DNA from: a virus
Lineage: Duplodnaviria; Caudoviricetes
Length of the DNA stretch: 64,000 nucleotides
Virus record (IMG/VR): IMGVR_UViG_3300027714_000014
Span: 1,460-65,459 of that record
Direction: 5' to 3' (one strand)
Positions 27,668 through 37,707 of the stretch are shown here, piece by piece; positions within the stretch are counted from its first letter, which is position 1, and each line of letters begins with the position of its first letter. The notes under the pieces were generated by a model, which worked only from the letters and a program-made list of their open reading frames with translations, did no database searches and was not told where the DNA came from. Made by a program: the position numbers and the translations under genes.

Positions 27668-27805
27668 TTACTTTACTTCCATTAGAGTCTTAACTGTTGC
27701 ATCACGAACGCCCGACTCGATAAAAGCGTCCTTAATGTATGGTATTATATCAGGGTAAAACATAGTTAAAGTTATCCCGATTGCCATTCCAATAATAATT
27801 TTCAT
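27668..27805 (-). CDS. 45-aa membrane peptide
   Basis: MKIIIGMAIGITLTMFYPDII...; ATGA overlap with the upstream gene. Confidence 0.5.
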   Translation of the reverse strand: MKIIIGMAIGITLTMFYPDIIPYIKDAFIESGVRDATVKTLMEVK

Positions 27806-28398
27806 TTGCAGATTTCCTTCCATGCTGCTCGCATTACACCATCAATCCATACGTTCATGTAAATCCTACGACAAGATTGTTGTCTAGGGCGATCAACTTG
27901 AAAAACACGATTTAAAAATCCACCAGAATTTTGTTGCGTAGAACCATTCTGATTAATCAGTGGATCACCAAGTTTTACTATTTGTACTGGTTTAACTGGC
28001 ACAGCTGGCGGCGCTGGCGGTTCATCTGCTTTTGGTTTTTCACCAATAGTTACATTACAGTTTTGTTCTGTATTTTTCTTTAGAATTTCTGGAACTGTGG
28101 TGCGTAGAATATTCTCTTTCGCACTCGTTTCTGCATTTTTACATGCTGCATTTTCTGCCATGTTAGGCCCGAAAATATAACTACCAGACGTTGGATACCA
28201 TTTGTCCTTAATTTGGACATCAAGTTTTACAACACATTTACGAGTGTCATCAACGTGAGTATAAGTTGTCTTATCGTAATTTCTAGATTTAGATATAACA
28301 CCATCAAACGAGGCACTTATCCCTGTAGAGTATTCACATTCACTTGCCACGGCAACTCCAGATAGGAGACATAATGCCGGAACCATAATATATTTCAT
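27802..28398 (-). CDS. hypothetical exported Cys-containing protein
   Basis: Signal peptide; Pro-rich linker. Confidence 0.6.
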   Translation of the reverse strand: MKYIMVPALCLLSGVAVASECEYSTGISASFDGVISKSRNYDKTTYTHVDDTRKCVVKLDVQIKDKWYPTSGSYIFGPNMAENAACKNAETSAKENILRTTVPEILKKNTEQNCNVTIGEKPKADEPPAPPAVPVKPVQIVKLGDPLINQNGSTQQNSGGFLNRVFQVDRPRQQSCRRIYMNVWIDGVMRAAWKEICK

Positions 28399-28421
28399 AA
28401 CAAACTAACCTTTAGAGTATT

Positions 28422-28868
28422 CTACCAACGGACGCTTGAACGTCCCCAATCACTTCCACGACCATCACCACGACCACGTTGACCACGAGCAATGTAATAT
28501 GCCTGACGTTCAATCTGAACTTGGAGTTGAGCTTGACGATCTGCAAGACCACGGGCACAAGCAGCACGAGCGCCAGGGTTATAATAACCATCACAAGGTC
28601 CGCCAACGAAAACTGTTCCATTAGGCATAGTAGGTGTCCGAGCGGGTGCAGAGTTTTTACGAACCATTTCTTGACCCAGAAGAACGCCGCCTACTGCACC
28701 CACAGCAGTTGCAACCGTGTTACCACGACCACTACCAAACTGATTTCCAACAAACCCACCAGCAACACCACCAAGAACAGGGCCAATCCACTGATTGTCG
28801 GCATTTGCTGGAGCGGTGAAAGTAAACATTGCTGCAGCAACGGCTGCAACTATAAGTGTTTTTTTCAT
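28422..28868 (-). CDS. glycine-zipper 2TM surface antigen-like protein
   Basis: GPVLGGVAGGFVGNQFGSGRGNTVATAVGAVGGVLLG. Confidence 0.8.
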   Translation of the reverse strand: MKKTLIVAAVAAAMFTFTAPANADNQWIGPVLGGVAGGFVGNQFGSGRGNTVATAVGAVGGVLLGQEMVRKNSAPARTPTMPNGTVFVGGPCDGYYNPGARAACARGLADRQAQLQVQIERQAYYIARGQRGRGDGRGSDWGRSSVRW

Positions 28869-29053
28869 TAAATTTCTCCCATTATTTCAGTTGTAAGTTT
28901 CGAAACATATGTATCATCAACTAAAGACATATTAGTTTTAACATATGTAAGAACATCCGATTCGTTCTTCGCACCCATTTCGATGGCAGAAACGACTTGT
29001 TCCTCAATATCCATCATCCAATTTTTCATCTTACTCATAAAAATCTCTTTCAA
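28868..29053 (-). CDS. hypothetical protein
   Basis: MSKMKNWMMD; downstream of promoter 29070-29098. Confidence 0.6.
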   Translation of the reverse strand: MKEIFMSKMKNWMMDIEEQVVSAIEMGAKNESDVLTYVKTNMSLVDDTYVSKLTTEIMGEI

Positions 29054-29069
29054 CTCATCTTACTTACAT

Positions 29070-29098
29070 AGTATACCAGCAAAAATACTCTTTGTCAA
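29070..29098 (-). promoter_or_regulatory. sigma70-type early promoter
   Basis: TTGACA-N17-TATACT. Confidence 0.75.
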
Positions 29099-29346
29099 GC
29101 ACTAATTTCACTTTTTTCACTTTTAATTTCAGAAATAGGGATTAATGACTTTTCACCATCCTTATCTAGCCGTGTTTCAACGAATCCGTCTGCCTCAAGT
29201 CTATCTAGCATAGCGCCAATGATATCGGACAAAATCTCCATTCTAGTTAGATATCGTCCCCAAGCATAGCAAGCACCCATAGTTGCTAGAGCCAGTGCAG
29301 TATGTGTATAAACGTCAATTTCCATAATATTCCTCTGTTCTCTCAT
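29095..29346 (-). CDS. hypothetical membrane protein
   Basis: One TM segment; start downstream of promoter 29356-29384 (TTGACA-N17-TATACT). Confidence 0.55.
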   Translation of the reverse strand: MREQRNIMEIDVYTHTALALATMGACYAWGRYLTRMEILSDIIGAMLDRLEADGFVETRLDKDGEKSLIPISEIKSEKSEISA

Positions 29347-29387
29347 TGTATATACAGTATAACAGACAAAAATAGGTTTGTCAAGCA

Positions 29388-29963
29388 CTATTTTCGCATA
29401 TTTGCTAAAGGATTCTTTAAAGCCTTAATAATCTGTTCATTTGTTTCTTTTTTCAAGGTCTTCATCTGATTAGTTAGAGAATCATCCAAACTGTCCATAC
29501 GAGTGCTTAGTCTATCTCTAAGGGTATCATTTCTGGTATTTTCCTTATCAATCATAATACGAGTATCATCCTGTATACCCTTGACTCGTCTTTCAATTGA
29601 TTCTATCATTCTCTCACCACGAACAATCTCTCCCTTGAGATCACGTTTAATCTCTCTAGCCTCATCTCTAGTTGCATCTGCTGATGTTTGAATATTAGAT
29701 TCTAACTTCTCAAATACAGCTACCTCTGATGTAAGCGCTCTCATGTCTGCATTCAGAACATCAAGCCTCTTATCAAATCCAGATAAATCTGGAGCCGTGT
29801 ATTTCTCTATTTTTGTTCTCATATTAATATAGTCTTTATAGAACTCAAATCCTGCATATAATCCGCCGCCGAGGGTTGATAATGCTGTAATAATTATGAA
29901 TATCTTTCCACCTCGAAACTTGACCCCGGCAAACTCAACTTCTGTTGTGCCGCCGTCTGACAT
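29388..29963 (-). CDS. membrane-anchored coiled-coil protein
   Basis: N-terminal TM, long heptad region, ends ALKNPLAN. Confidence 0.7.
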   Translation of the reverse strand: MSDGGTTEVEFAGVKFRGGKIFIIITALSTLGGGLYAGFEFYKDYINMRTKIEKYTAPDLSGFDKRLDVLNADMRALTSEVAVFEKLESNIQTSADATRDEAREIKRDLKGEIVRGERMIESIERRVKGIQDDTRIMIDKENTRNDTLRDRLSTRMDSLDDSLTNQMKTLKKETNEQIIKALKNPLANMRK

Positions 29964-29973
29964 TTATTCTCTC

Positions 29974-31467
29974 CTATCTATATTGCATACCTGTTAACTC
30001 ATCCATTCTTGCGTTACTTCCACCGATCATAAAATATGCTGCAGCATTATTATCTGATATTTCTGAATCTGGAACACGATCTGTACTAAAAAAGTTTGGT
30101 ACATCTGGTATCTGTGCTTGGTTAGCAAAGAATGTTTTTGTATTTCCTAGAACTTGCATCACTATCAATGTCTTTAATTGATTTGTGCTGTCGTATTTTC
30201 CCTTATCGCCCATCCTCTTAACTATTTTATTTGCAGCCTTTTGTTTTGCTTCTTGTTTTTTTTCTACCTTTGTTTTTACTTTAGGTTTATTCTTTTGTTC
30301 TACACTAGCAGATTCAGTCTCGTTCCCCTCTTCTGGTTCGACACTTTCTTCGGCAACTGCTGGTTCTTGTCCCTCCGATCCTTCTCCGTCCGATACAACT
30401 TCTCCACTTTCCTGTGGTGTGTCCATTTCGGTAGGTGATTGATCCTCACCCAATCCGCTGTCATTGAGATCATTGTTCATCTCCATTTCTATCTCTGTGT
30501 TAACTTCTGCAACTTCTACTTCAACAACGGCTGGAGCTTCAACTGTAGGCATTTCTAATTGTGTCTCTATTTCCATTTCAGTAGAAACCTGTAATTCTAA
30601 AGAGGCAACTTGATTACCAGCAGGAGTGCTAACTTCAACTGATATTTCTGCAACTTCAACATTTTCTGGAATATTATTATCCAATATATTTGTTGTGTTT
30701 AATATGTCTATAATTTCTGTTTCTATTAATGTTATAAGATCAAAGGTTGTTGTCAGTGCTGGATTTGCAAAAGCAGGTCCAAAAAACTTATTTGGAAAAC
30801 CAGCATCTATACCAAACATTGCAAATTCTCCTGTCAAAGAGTTAAAGGAGTTTTCTGGAATAGCCTGTTGAAAGGCAAAATTCCTTATACCACTAAAATC
30901 TAACTCAACCTCATGTTCAAACTGATGAGCCAAAACACTACCGCTGTCAAATAAAGATACTGTTAATTTAAATATATCTCTGCAATCAGCTGCTTGTGAC
31001 GTATTCCCACCAACACAGCTTAAAATTGTAGCACGGGCATTAGATACATGAGAATCTACATCCATTCCATAGTCCATCGTGAAACCACGATTGATTTGGT
31101 CTATGGTCATATTTTCTTCTAAATCAAATGTGGATGTATAAGTACCGCCGGGGCCCTGTTTACCAGCAGTACAGAAATTACCAGAAGAACAACCCTTTGA
31201 TGTAGCTGCTCCATTATTAATCAAAGTCCCGCCACTTCTTGTAAAATTTTCCATTGTCGGTAACTGATTTGGGGTTGTTTCTGATCCTGTAACAACTTCA
31301 GTTTGTTGTGCATTAGAAGAAGAATGGAATACCAAGACAAGAGGGAATGCCAATGAAGCAACCAGCACCCAATATGCCCAAGCCGATGGTTGTAAGAATT
31401 CCAGTATTGTCTTCGATTTCGTGTTCATCCGAATCAGCATAGTCATCCATTGTTTCATCATAATCAC
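29974..31467 (-). CDS. hypothetical exported protein with acidic linker
   Basis: Signal/TM segment, beta-rich domain, Glu-rich region; start uncertain. Confidence 0.65.
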   Translation of the reverse strand: MIMMKQWMTMLIRMNTKSKTILEFLQPSAWAYWVLVASLAFPLVLVFHSSSNAQQTEVVTGSETTPNQLPTMENFTRSGGTLINNGAATSKGCSSGNFCTAGKQGPGGTYTSTFDLEENMTIDQINRGFTMDYGMDVDSHVSNARATILSCVGGNTSQAADCRDIFKLTVSLFDSGSVLAHQFEHEVELDFSGIRNFAFQQAIPENSFNSLTGEFAMFGIDAGFPNKFFGPAFANPALTTTFDLITLIETEIIDILNTTNILDNNIPENVEVAEISVEVSTPAGNQVASLELQVSTEMEIETQLEMPTVEAPAVVEVEVAEVNTEIEMEMNNDLNDSGLGEDQSPTEMDTPQESGEVVSDGEGSEGQEPAVAEESVEPEEGNETESASVEQKNKPKVKTKVEKKQEAKQKAANKIVKRMGDKGKYDSTNQLKTLIVMQVLGNTKTFFANQAQIPDVPNFFSTDRVPDSEISDNNAAAYFMIGGSNARMDELTGMQYR

Positions 31468-32040
31468 TTAGTCCGTATTCTCTAGCCAAAAGTCTTCCTC
31501 CATCTCCTCCATCGGATAATCGCTGTTCGTCCTCTCCCCCTTCGATTTTAAATTGTTCTTTTTTTTTACTTCAGCCATAAGACGGGAACCAGAAGGAATA
31601 TCATGTGGATTTTCTTCCCACGCATCACCAGCCTCTTTTCCTATCTTACCTTTGTAGGGACAAGGCGTTCCTGCCATAATCATTGCATCAAAAATTCTTG
31701 CGTCCTGACATAGTGCAGCAACCGCAGCAACTTTCATACCCATTCCAAAAAGAGAACGAGACAATTTAAGACGTTCACAATTTTCATCTGTAACTGTAAT
31801 ACCTGATGCGATACCTAAAATTTGTGTTTGTACACCAGCGCTAAATGCTGACTTGCAGACATCACTGTTGTTTATAACTATAGATGGCGCAGAAGCCGTT
31901 GGCGGTGCTTTATCAGTGACTACAGTTGAACTTACTGTATTTGTATCAGCTGCGTATGCACTACCTGTTACTAAAATACATAATAGACTACCGACCAAAA
32001 TTTTATGTAAGTTACGCACTAGGCTCTCCCTGTTACACAT
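31468..32040 (-). CDS. hypothetical exported Cys-rich protein
   Basis: Signal peptide; PPTASAP..C..DENCERLKLSR..AGTPCP; late promoter at 32057-32064. Confidence 0.7.
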   Translation of the reverse strand: MCNRESLVRNLHKILVGSLLCILVTGSAYAADTNTVSSTVVTDKAPPTASAPSIVINNSDVCKSAFSAGVQTQILGIASGITVTDENCERLKLSRSLFGMGMKVAAVAALCQDARIFDAMIMAGTPCPYKGKIGKEAGDAWEENPHDIPSGSRLMAEVKKKNNLKSKGERTNSDYPMEEMEEDFWLENTD

Positions 32041-32083
32041 AAATCTGGTATCTATCTATTTATAAGAGGCATTTGCTTAATTT

Positions 32084-32449
32084 TCACAAAAGGTCATCAA
32101 GACCTAATTCTTTTGCAACTCTGTTATGCAATGTAATAAAATACTCTGCATCAACCACCACTAAGGGTTTTTGATTATTTCTTTTGATAAAAACTACTGG
32201 TTCATAATCACCAGAATTAGATTCTGCCTGTTCGTATGATTTCCACACGTTCATGCTTTCTTGATTCTTACACTCAATCGAATATGGAAACTTCTCTCTT
32301 GCAGCACGTGCCATAATGAGGTCTTCACCCCCTGCACCCATACTACGAGACTCTACATCCTCTGGATGCACGTTTAATTGTTCTATAAGTTGATCACGAA
32401 CCCATTGTTGGAATCTGCGGCCCTTTGCTTTAGCGCTACTTGTTTTCAT
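32084..32449 (-). CDS. Holliday junction resolvase-like PD-(D/E)XK nuclease
   Basis: KAKGRRFQQWVRD, MGAGGEDL, SIECKNQE. Confidence 0.75.
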   Translation of the reverse strand: MKTSSAKAKGRRFQQWVRDQLIEQLNVHPEDVESRSMGAGGEDLIMARAAREKFPYSIECKNQESMNVWKSYEQAESNSGDYEPVVFIKRNNQKPLVVVDAEYFITLHNRVAKELGLDDLL

Positions 32450-32466
32450 TATTTACCCTTTTACCA

Positions 32467-33972
32467 TCACATCATTGTGAAACGATTTGGCCGAGCGGCC
32501 ATCACTTTATCAAAATATTGCGAATAAATTTCTTGGTTTTCTCTTGGGACAAAATTGTTTTTAAAATTTAGATAGTCCCAAGGCTTATCAAAATAATATA
32601 CTATCCCATCATTACTAAATTTTTTACCCCACTCAAAAACTATATCATTACACTCTGCATAAGTCCAATGTTCATTTTTCCACTCATAAGTTGATTTTCC
32701 ATTTTCCACCGGCTTTTCAGTAAATGTATATCCATACTTTTCTGCATTTCTCCCAAATTCACTAACAAAAGTATCCTTAGTTTTATAGCCAATTCTTAGT
32801 GCTTCAAGTTTCCACCCTGTTAGTGCTAATTTCTTATCGTATAAATCCCCTAACCATTGGTTTACAGTCTCTTTATTATCATGTGGCAATCCAATAATAA
32901 ATCCTGACCACAAACATACATCTGGACCCCAAGAATCTCTGATTGCCTGTATGGTTGAATATACGTCTTCTGTTCTAATTCCTTTCCCTACAGATTTGGC
33001 AGATTCATAATTGAGAGTTTCAATTCCAAATTGACACGCCATAATTCCCATGTCTTTCATTATTTGAATTTGTTCTGGATATCTGTGTATTAACTCTAAT
33101 CTAAGATAACAGGCAAAACGTATCTGTTTTCCAGTAATACTCTTGAACCTATCAAAAAGGTCTTTGATTACTAATAGTTTCTCTGTTGTTTCATTAAATG
33201 TGTCACACAAAATATTATAGTTTGTTGTGCCAAAGTTTTCATAGTTAAATATCAGTTCTTCCCAAATTTTTTCTTTATTTCTAATATACTTATCTGACAC
33301 TTTTCTTCCTAATAAAGAAAATCCACAGAACTTACATTTGAACCGGCACCCTCTACTTATTTCTAGAGGTAGGGCTTCATTTGGAAATATAAAATCAGAA
33401 GAATGAAAAGTGGTTCCACAATTATGAAAATCCCATTCCACAGCATCTCCACTGTCTATTTCTTTTTCAGTTGGCTTATTATTATAAATGTTGATTAATT
33501 GATTCGTTGCTGATTCTTCTGAATACCCAAGAAACATATGATCTGCATCCACCATTTCATACATATGTCGAACCATTTCACCTTTACCACCAATAATAAT
33601 TTTATTGTCTGGGAAAAAGTTTTTCAAAGCATCAACAAAAGTAAAAAGTTTGTCATTCAGTGACAGAGAATCTTTCTCACTCTTATCTCTTCGATAATTC
33701 TTCAAGAATTTTAGCCGCCTTGATGGACGGAGACTTGCATGACCTAAAAAACTGAACATGAAAGTAGCAGAAAATCCAAATATAGTATTTTCATGTACCC
33801 ACTCTTCGTTAAGTTTTAAGATAAATTTGGCGTACCAAGCTTCCTGTATGAGAGTTTCTAAAAAATCAACAACTTTTACCTTATATCCCTGTTCTCTTAG
33901 GATCATCGCAATTCGGTAAGCACCTATTTTTCTAGTACCATCATGAGGTGTAAATAATATGAAGTCATACAT
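32467..33972 (-). CDS. radical SAM protein (possible B12-binding class)
   Basis: EISRGCRFKCKFC (CxxxCxxC); FGIET; GFIIGLP. Confidence 0.88.
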   Translation of the reverse strand: MYDFILFTPHDGTRKIGAYRIAMILREQGYKVKVVDFLETLIQEAWYAKFILKLNEEWVHENTIFGFSATFMFSFLGHASLRPSRRLKFLKNYRRDKSEKDSLSLNDKLFTFVDALKNFFPDNKIIIGGKGEMVRHMYEMVDADHMFLGYSEESATNQLINIYNNKPTEKEIDSGDAVEWDFHNCGTTFHSSDFIFPNEALPLEISRGCRFKCKFCGFSLLGRKVSDKYIRNKEKIWEELIFNYENFGTTNYNILCDTFNETTEKLLVIKDLFDRFKSITGKQIRFACYLRLELIHRYPEQIQIMKDMGIMACQFGIETLNYESAKSVGKGIRTEDVYSTIQAIRDSWGPDVCLWSGFIIGLPHDNKETVNQWLGDLYDKKLALTGWKLEALRIGYKTKDTFVSEFGRNAEKYGYTFTEKPVENGKSTYEWKNEHWTYAECNDIVFEWGKKFSNDGIVYYFDKPWDYLNFKNNFVPRENQEIYSQYFDKVMAARPNRFTMM

Positions 33973-33981
33973 TATATTTGC

Positions 33982-34140
33982 TTAAGAGTCATCTTCATGC
34001 CATTCTATATCATCTTCCATCTCTGGGTCTTCAATATCGCCCTGACAAAATGGGCAGTGCATAATTCTATAATGAGTATTACTCATAGTATGTTTTATTT
34101 TAAACTCAGCTTCACACGAATCACATACAATCATTCTCAT
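33982..34140 (-). CDS. 52-aa zinc-ribbon protein with acidic tail
   Basis: Manual translation MRMIVCDSCEAEF...HCPFCQGDIEDPEMEDDIEWHEDDS; ATGA overlap with nrdJ. Confidence 0.7.
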   Translation of the reverse strand: MRMIVCDSCEAEFKIKHTMSNTHYRIMHCPFCQGDIEDPEMEDDIEWHEDDS

Positions 34141-36083
34141 TGTATTTCACAAAAACCGGCTGAGCAGGCTAGTTCTTGTGAGCCGATAGTTGTATCAGTC
34201 TTTTCATATTCTGACAATTTATTCCACTCCACATTTCTAGGCATCTGTTCCAAGAGCACTTCATATTCTTCTTTTGAGCAATCCTGATAGGGTGCTTGTT
34301 TATATGTATGTTCTGAAAATGGAAGGAAACTAACTCCGCTCATGTAATCGAAATTTTGATATACCCAAGCACCAACTTCAAGCCACTCATGATCTTTGAC
34401 AGAAATGGTTACAGAAGGTTTATGCTCACACCAACATTCTTGATAGGTCTTCCAAAGCTCCAACTGATCAATTGCAGTCAAGTCTGTACGAAACACAGCA
34501 CTTTGATCTACTTTGTGAGGAAAAGAAAATACAGAAGTATGACTAGGATTCATAACATCATCTTCTACAGGAAACCCTTCATCAATCATCATCATTGTAA
34601 GAGGGTCTTTTTTATCACCACGGACTGTTCGAACATAGTAAGGATTATGCCTTGCATGGATACCAGATGCAGAGTCTGTCAACTGACTGACTGTGCCTGA
34701 CGGTTTAACACACGTTACAGCAACACTTTGATTGATGCCTAACTTTATAGAATATAGTTTGTTTGTATCAACTGCCATCGCTTTCAAATCTTTTAACACT
34801 GCCGGAAGAGAACCTTGTGGGCCCTTACCATTTGTAACCTTACAGTCCATAATACCAGTAAGAGAGACTCCTAAAAGTCTCTCTTCTTCACAATTCTTTT
34901 GCCATGACTTAGATACATATTTGAAGTTCACAAGTGTAGATTGGAATGTGCCCAGAATCGTTGCAAGCCTCACCTTCTCCAAAAGAGACTCCCGTGTATC
35001 AGATGCACGAACTACAACCTCTGATAGATTACAGAACTCTCTACTACGTAGAATAATTTCTGAACATGGGTTTGTACCAAACTCATAGTCCTCTGTGTTT
35101 CTACGACCATTCTTTGATGCCATCCAGACAGCAGACTCACGATTGAAGATACCACGCTCACCAGACTTGGAATCATAAAGAGCTTTCCACTCATTCATGA
35201 AAATGCCCATATCAGGTTTTTCAGAGTATGCAGCAGAGTTGTTTGCTAAAGCACGTTGAGGGTTCTCATTCCACCACTGCCCAGCTTTTGCGTCACGCAT
35301 ACGATCATCAGATAGGTTAGACAAACTAATGAGGGCAGAACGACGAACACCACCAACCACAACAACTTCTGCAATTTTACACACAATATCATGTGCTTCA
35401 AGTGAAGATAATTTACGTCCAGCTGCGTTTTGAAAAACATTTACGGCAAAGTTAAACAAAGACTCAAGTGGTTCCGGCCCGCTGGCACGACCGCCAAAGG
35501 TCTTTAGAGGGGCGCCAGCGGGTCTTATCTTATCTAAGTTCCATCTGGGTATCTGTCCAATATACAACATTCCAACCAATTCTTTAAGTGCTTTTGCCCA
35601 GCCAAGCTTGGAATCTGCAACCGTGATAGTAGTGTCTGAGGGATGAAATTCATCTGCAATACGAGGAAGTTCGGCTACATATTGACGTTCCACACTGAAA
35701 CCAACACCAGTACCATTCATAAGAACATATAGAATTTCGTCAAATGCTTGTGGACGATCTACTGCAACATAAGCACAATTATATCCTGCAATATTTTCAC
35801 GTTTCAATGCTTCACCAGCAGTCATCAAACAACGCATAGATGGCATAACACGTAATCCTAGAACCGCTTGTTCTAATTCAGATCGTAAAGATTTTGATAA
35901 AGTGTAGTCAACAGTTTCTTTTAGATGTTCAGTGAAAAAATCAAAATACCTTCCTACTGTTTCATCCCACGTTTCTCTACGAGATTTTTCTGGCAACCAT
36001 CTTGAATATCGTGATAAGTGAATAAATTCTTGGTAGGATGTAGGTAGGTAATTATTAGGCATGTATCTTTCTCCATTCTGCAA
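34137..36083 (-). CDS. nrdJ: class II (adenosylcobalamin) ribonucleotide reductase
   Basis: GGVRRSALISL, TNPCSEI, TCVKPSGTVSQL, C-terminal CSAGFCE; no nrdB nearby. Confidence 0.93.
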   Translation of the reverse strand: MQNGERYMPNNYLPTSYQEFIHLSRYSRWLPEKSRRETWDETVGRYFDFFTEHLKETVDYTLSKSLRSELEQAVLGLRVMPSMRCLMTAGEALKRENIAGYNCAYVAVDRPQAFDEILYVLMNGTGVGFSVERQYVAELPRIADEFHPSDTTITVADSKLGWAKALKELVGMLYIGQIPRWNLDKIRPAGAPLKTFGGRASGPEPLESLFNFAVNVFQNAAGRKLSSLEAHDIVCKIAEVVVVGGVRRSALISLSNLSDDRMRDAKAGQWWNENPQRALANNSAAYSEKPDMGIFMNEWKALYDSKSGERGIFNRESAVWMASKNGRRNTEDYEFGTNPCSEIILRSREFCNLSEVVVRASDTRESLLEKVRLATILGTFQSTLVNFKYVSKSWQKNCEEERLLGVSLTGIMDCKVTNGKGPQGSLPAVLKDLKAMAVDTNKLYSIKLGINQSVAVTCVKPSGTVSQLTDSASGIHARHNPYYVRTVRGDKKDPLTMMMIDEGFPVEDDVMNPSHTSVFSFPHKVDQSAVFRTDLTAIDQLELWKTYQECWCEHKPSVTISVKDHEWLEVGAWVYQNFDYMSGVSFLPFSEHTYKQAPYQDCSKEEYEVLLEQMPRNVEWNKLSEYEKTDTTIGSQELACSAGFCEIQ

Positions 36084-37083
36084 ATCTCAATTGCGCCGCT
36101 GCACCACTGAAAGTATTATCTGTTATAATTTCTTGAATCCGTTCTTTAATATAACCGTCAACAATCATATCATTTATATCTTTACTTTTCATCCAATCAG
36201 GCCAAATCACAATCTTCTTTCCCTGATTTAATATGTTATCCATTTGTTTACAAATTTGTTGGTTCCTTGGTTCATTATCAAATATTATTGTTAATTCACT
36301 ATTTTCAATTTTACTTCCACCAACCATGATGGGTTTAGAAAAATCTGATCCTCCAACTGCAATACAATTATCAATGAACATACTATCTATTGGTCCTTCT
36401 ACAACGTAGATTTCTTTGTCTTTATCTACTCTGTCAAGGCCATAAACTTTATCAGCATCTTCATTTATTTTTATGGTAATATACTTAGGTTTCTCATCAC
36501 CAAAGGCTCTACCCTGATATGCAAATATTTCTCCCTTTTCATCTCTGAACGCAATTAACAACCTTGGATGATCACCACCCAAGGAAGGAAATTTATTTGG
36601 TATTATCGTGTTGGTAAACTTATAAAATTCGTTACATAGGAATAGATCGTTGGTGAGGAACTTAGACGGTATCTCTCTCTTTCCAACCAATCTTCTCGCC
36701 GGGTGGGTTGAGGCCAGTGATGATATGGATTGAAGAGACTTGAATACATCTTTTTTAAACACTGGAGCATTGAATTTAAATTCCTTCTGGGGGCTACTTC
36801 TGGTTTCAATACCTTTGCGATATCGTTCTAGTATATAGTCTTCGTAAGTTTTTAAGTCTACATGTTTAATTAGGTTGCCCAAGGAGGCTCCAACCGCACA
36901 ATTATGACATTTGAAGAATAGATCATTTTTCTTACGAAATACAAATCCCCGTGTCTTAGTGCGAGATTTTTGTGAATCTCCACAATATGGGCAACGAAAG
37001 TTCCAAAGGTTATCCCCCTTCTTTTTGAAAAGGGGGAGCATGGGACTTATTAGGTTTAGGTATTTTGTATCTACATATGACAT
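36055..37083 (-). CDS. gp61: DNA primase gp61
   Basis: NFRCPYCGDS..CHNC Zn ribbon; VVEGPIDS; DNEPRN; KDINDM. Confidence 0.95.
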   Translation of the reverse strand: MSYVDTKYLNLISPMLPLFKKKGDNLWNFRCPYCGDSQKSRTKTRGFVFRKKNDLFFKCHNCAVGASLGNLIKHVDLKTYEDYILERYRKGIETRSSPQKEFKFNAPVFKKDVFKSLQSISSLASTHPARRLVGKREIPSKFLTNDLFLCNEFYKFTNTIIPNKFPSLGGDHPRLLIAFRDEKGEIFAYQGRAFGDEKPKYITIKINEDADKVYGLDRVDKDKEIYVVEGPIDSMFIDNCIAVGGSDFSKPIMVGGSKIENSELTIIFDNEPRNQQICKQMDNILNQGKKIVIWPDWMKSKDINDMIVDGYIKERIQEIITDNTFSGAAAQLRFAEWRKIHA

Positions 37084-37089
37084 TAATAG

Positions 37090-37118
37090 ATACTAACAGG
37101 TTAATCAGGGTTTGTCAA
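37090..37118 (-). promoter_or_regulatory. sigma70-type promoter, likely leaderless primase mRNA
   Basis: TTGACA-N17-TAGTAT-N6-ATG. Confidence 0.65.
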
Positions 37119-37543
37119 GACACTTGTATGAATTTGTTTAAAATAAATCCTGCAACGATAGCTGCACCAATCAAAACGTGGCGCCACTTTTCTAGAACTC
37201 CTACTCTATGTTTGATTTCGTCACGAATTTTACCAATTTCTTTATTTTGTTCTGCATGCTGAGAAGCTGCAGCAACCATTATTTCTTTGGTGTTTGTAGT
37301 AATACGAGAATGTAGCTCATCTATTTTAGTTACCATTTCTGTACGACGAATTTCTAATCTTATATCTGCTGCAGCAGTAGCTTCTTCTTGTCTAGAAATT
37401 TTTTCCTCATGTACGGCAAGCATACGATGAATGGAGTTGGAAACATCAGTTAATTTTTCAATCGCAATATCAATACGATCATGTATCTTTGATTGATCAC
37501 GTACTTCTTTTTTAAGAAGTTTTAGTTCTGTTTCCAACTCCAT
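37115..37543 (-). CDS. coiled-coil protein with C-terminal TM
   Basis: AIEKLTDVS..I.RMLAVHEEKI; hydrophobic C-terminus. Confidence 0.7.
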   Translation of the reverse strand: MELETELKLLKKEVRDQSKIHDRIDIAIEKLTDVSNSIHRMLAVHEEKISRQEEATAAADIRLEIRRTEMVTKIDELHSRITTNTKEIMVAAASQHAEQNKEIGKIRDEIKHRVGVLEKWRHVLIGAAIVAGFILNKFIQVS

Positions 37544-37547
37544 AATT

Positions 37548-37703
37548 TTAATCTTCGGATTTCAGAAGAGTGATAACACCCCAAGCAATAGCAGCATAAG
37601 CAATAATTGTAGTTGGTGCAATTAAAATAATAACACCCGTTGCAATCAAAGCAGCTCCATCCCATGAAGTTCTTTCTGTAAATCTATTTTTTAACCAACT
37701 CAT
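37548..37703 (-). CDS. small membrane protein
   Basis: MSWLKNRFTERTSWDG plus 2 TM segments; GGAGG RBS. Confidence 0.6.
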   Translation of the reverse strand: MSWLKNRFTERTSWDGAALIATGVIILIAPTTIIAYAAIAWGVITLLKSED

Positions 37704-37707
37704 ATCG

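Noticed and set aside
33982-34140. Zinc-ribbon protein as a LysW carrier for the RimK/LysX-like ligase
   Set aside because: Lacks the C-terminal EDWGE and ends in Ser; it is not linked to the ligase gene
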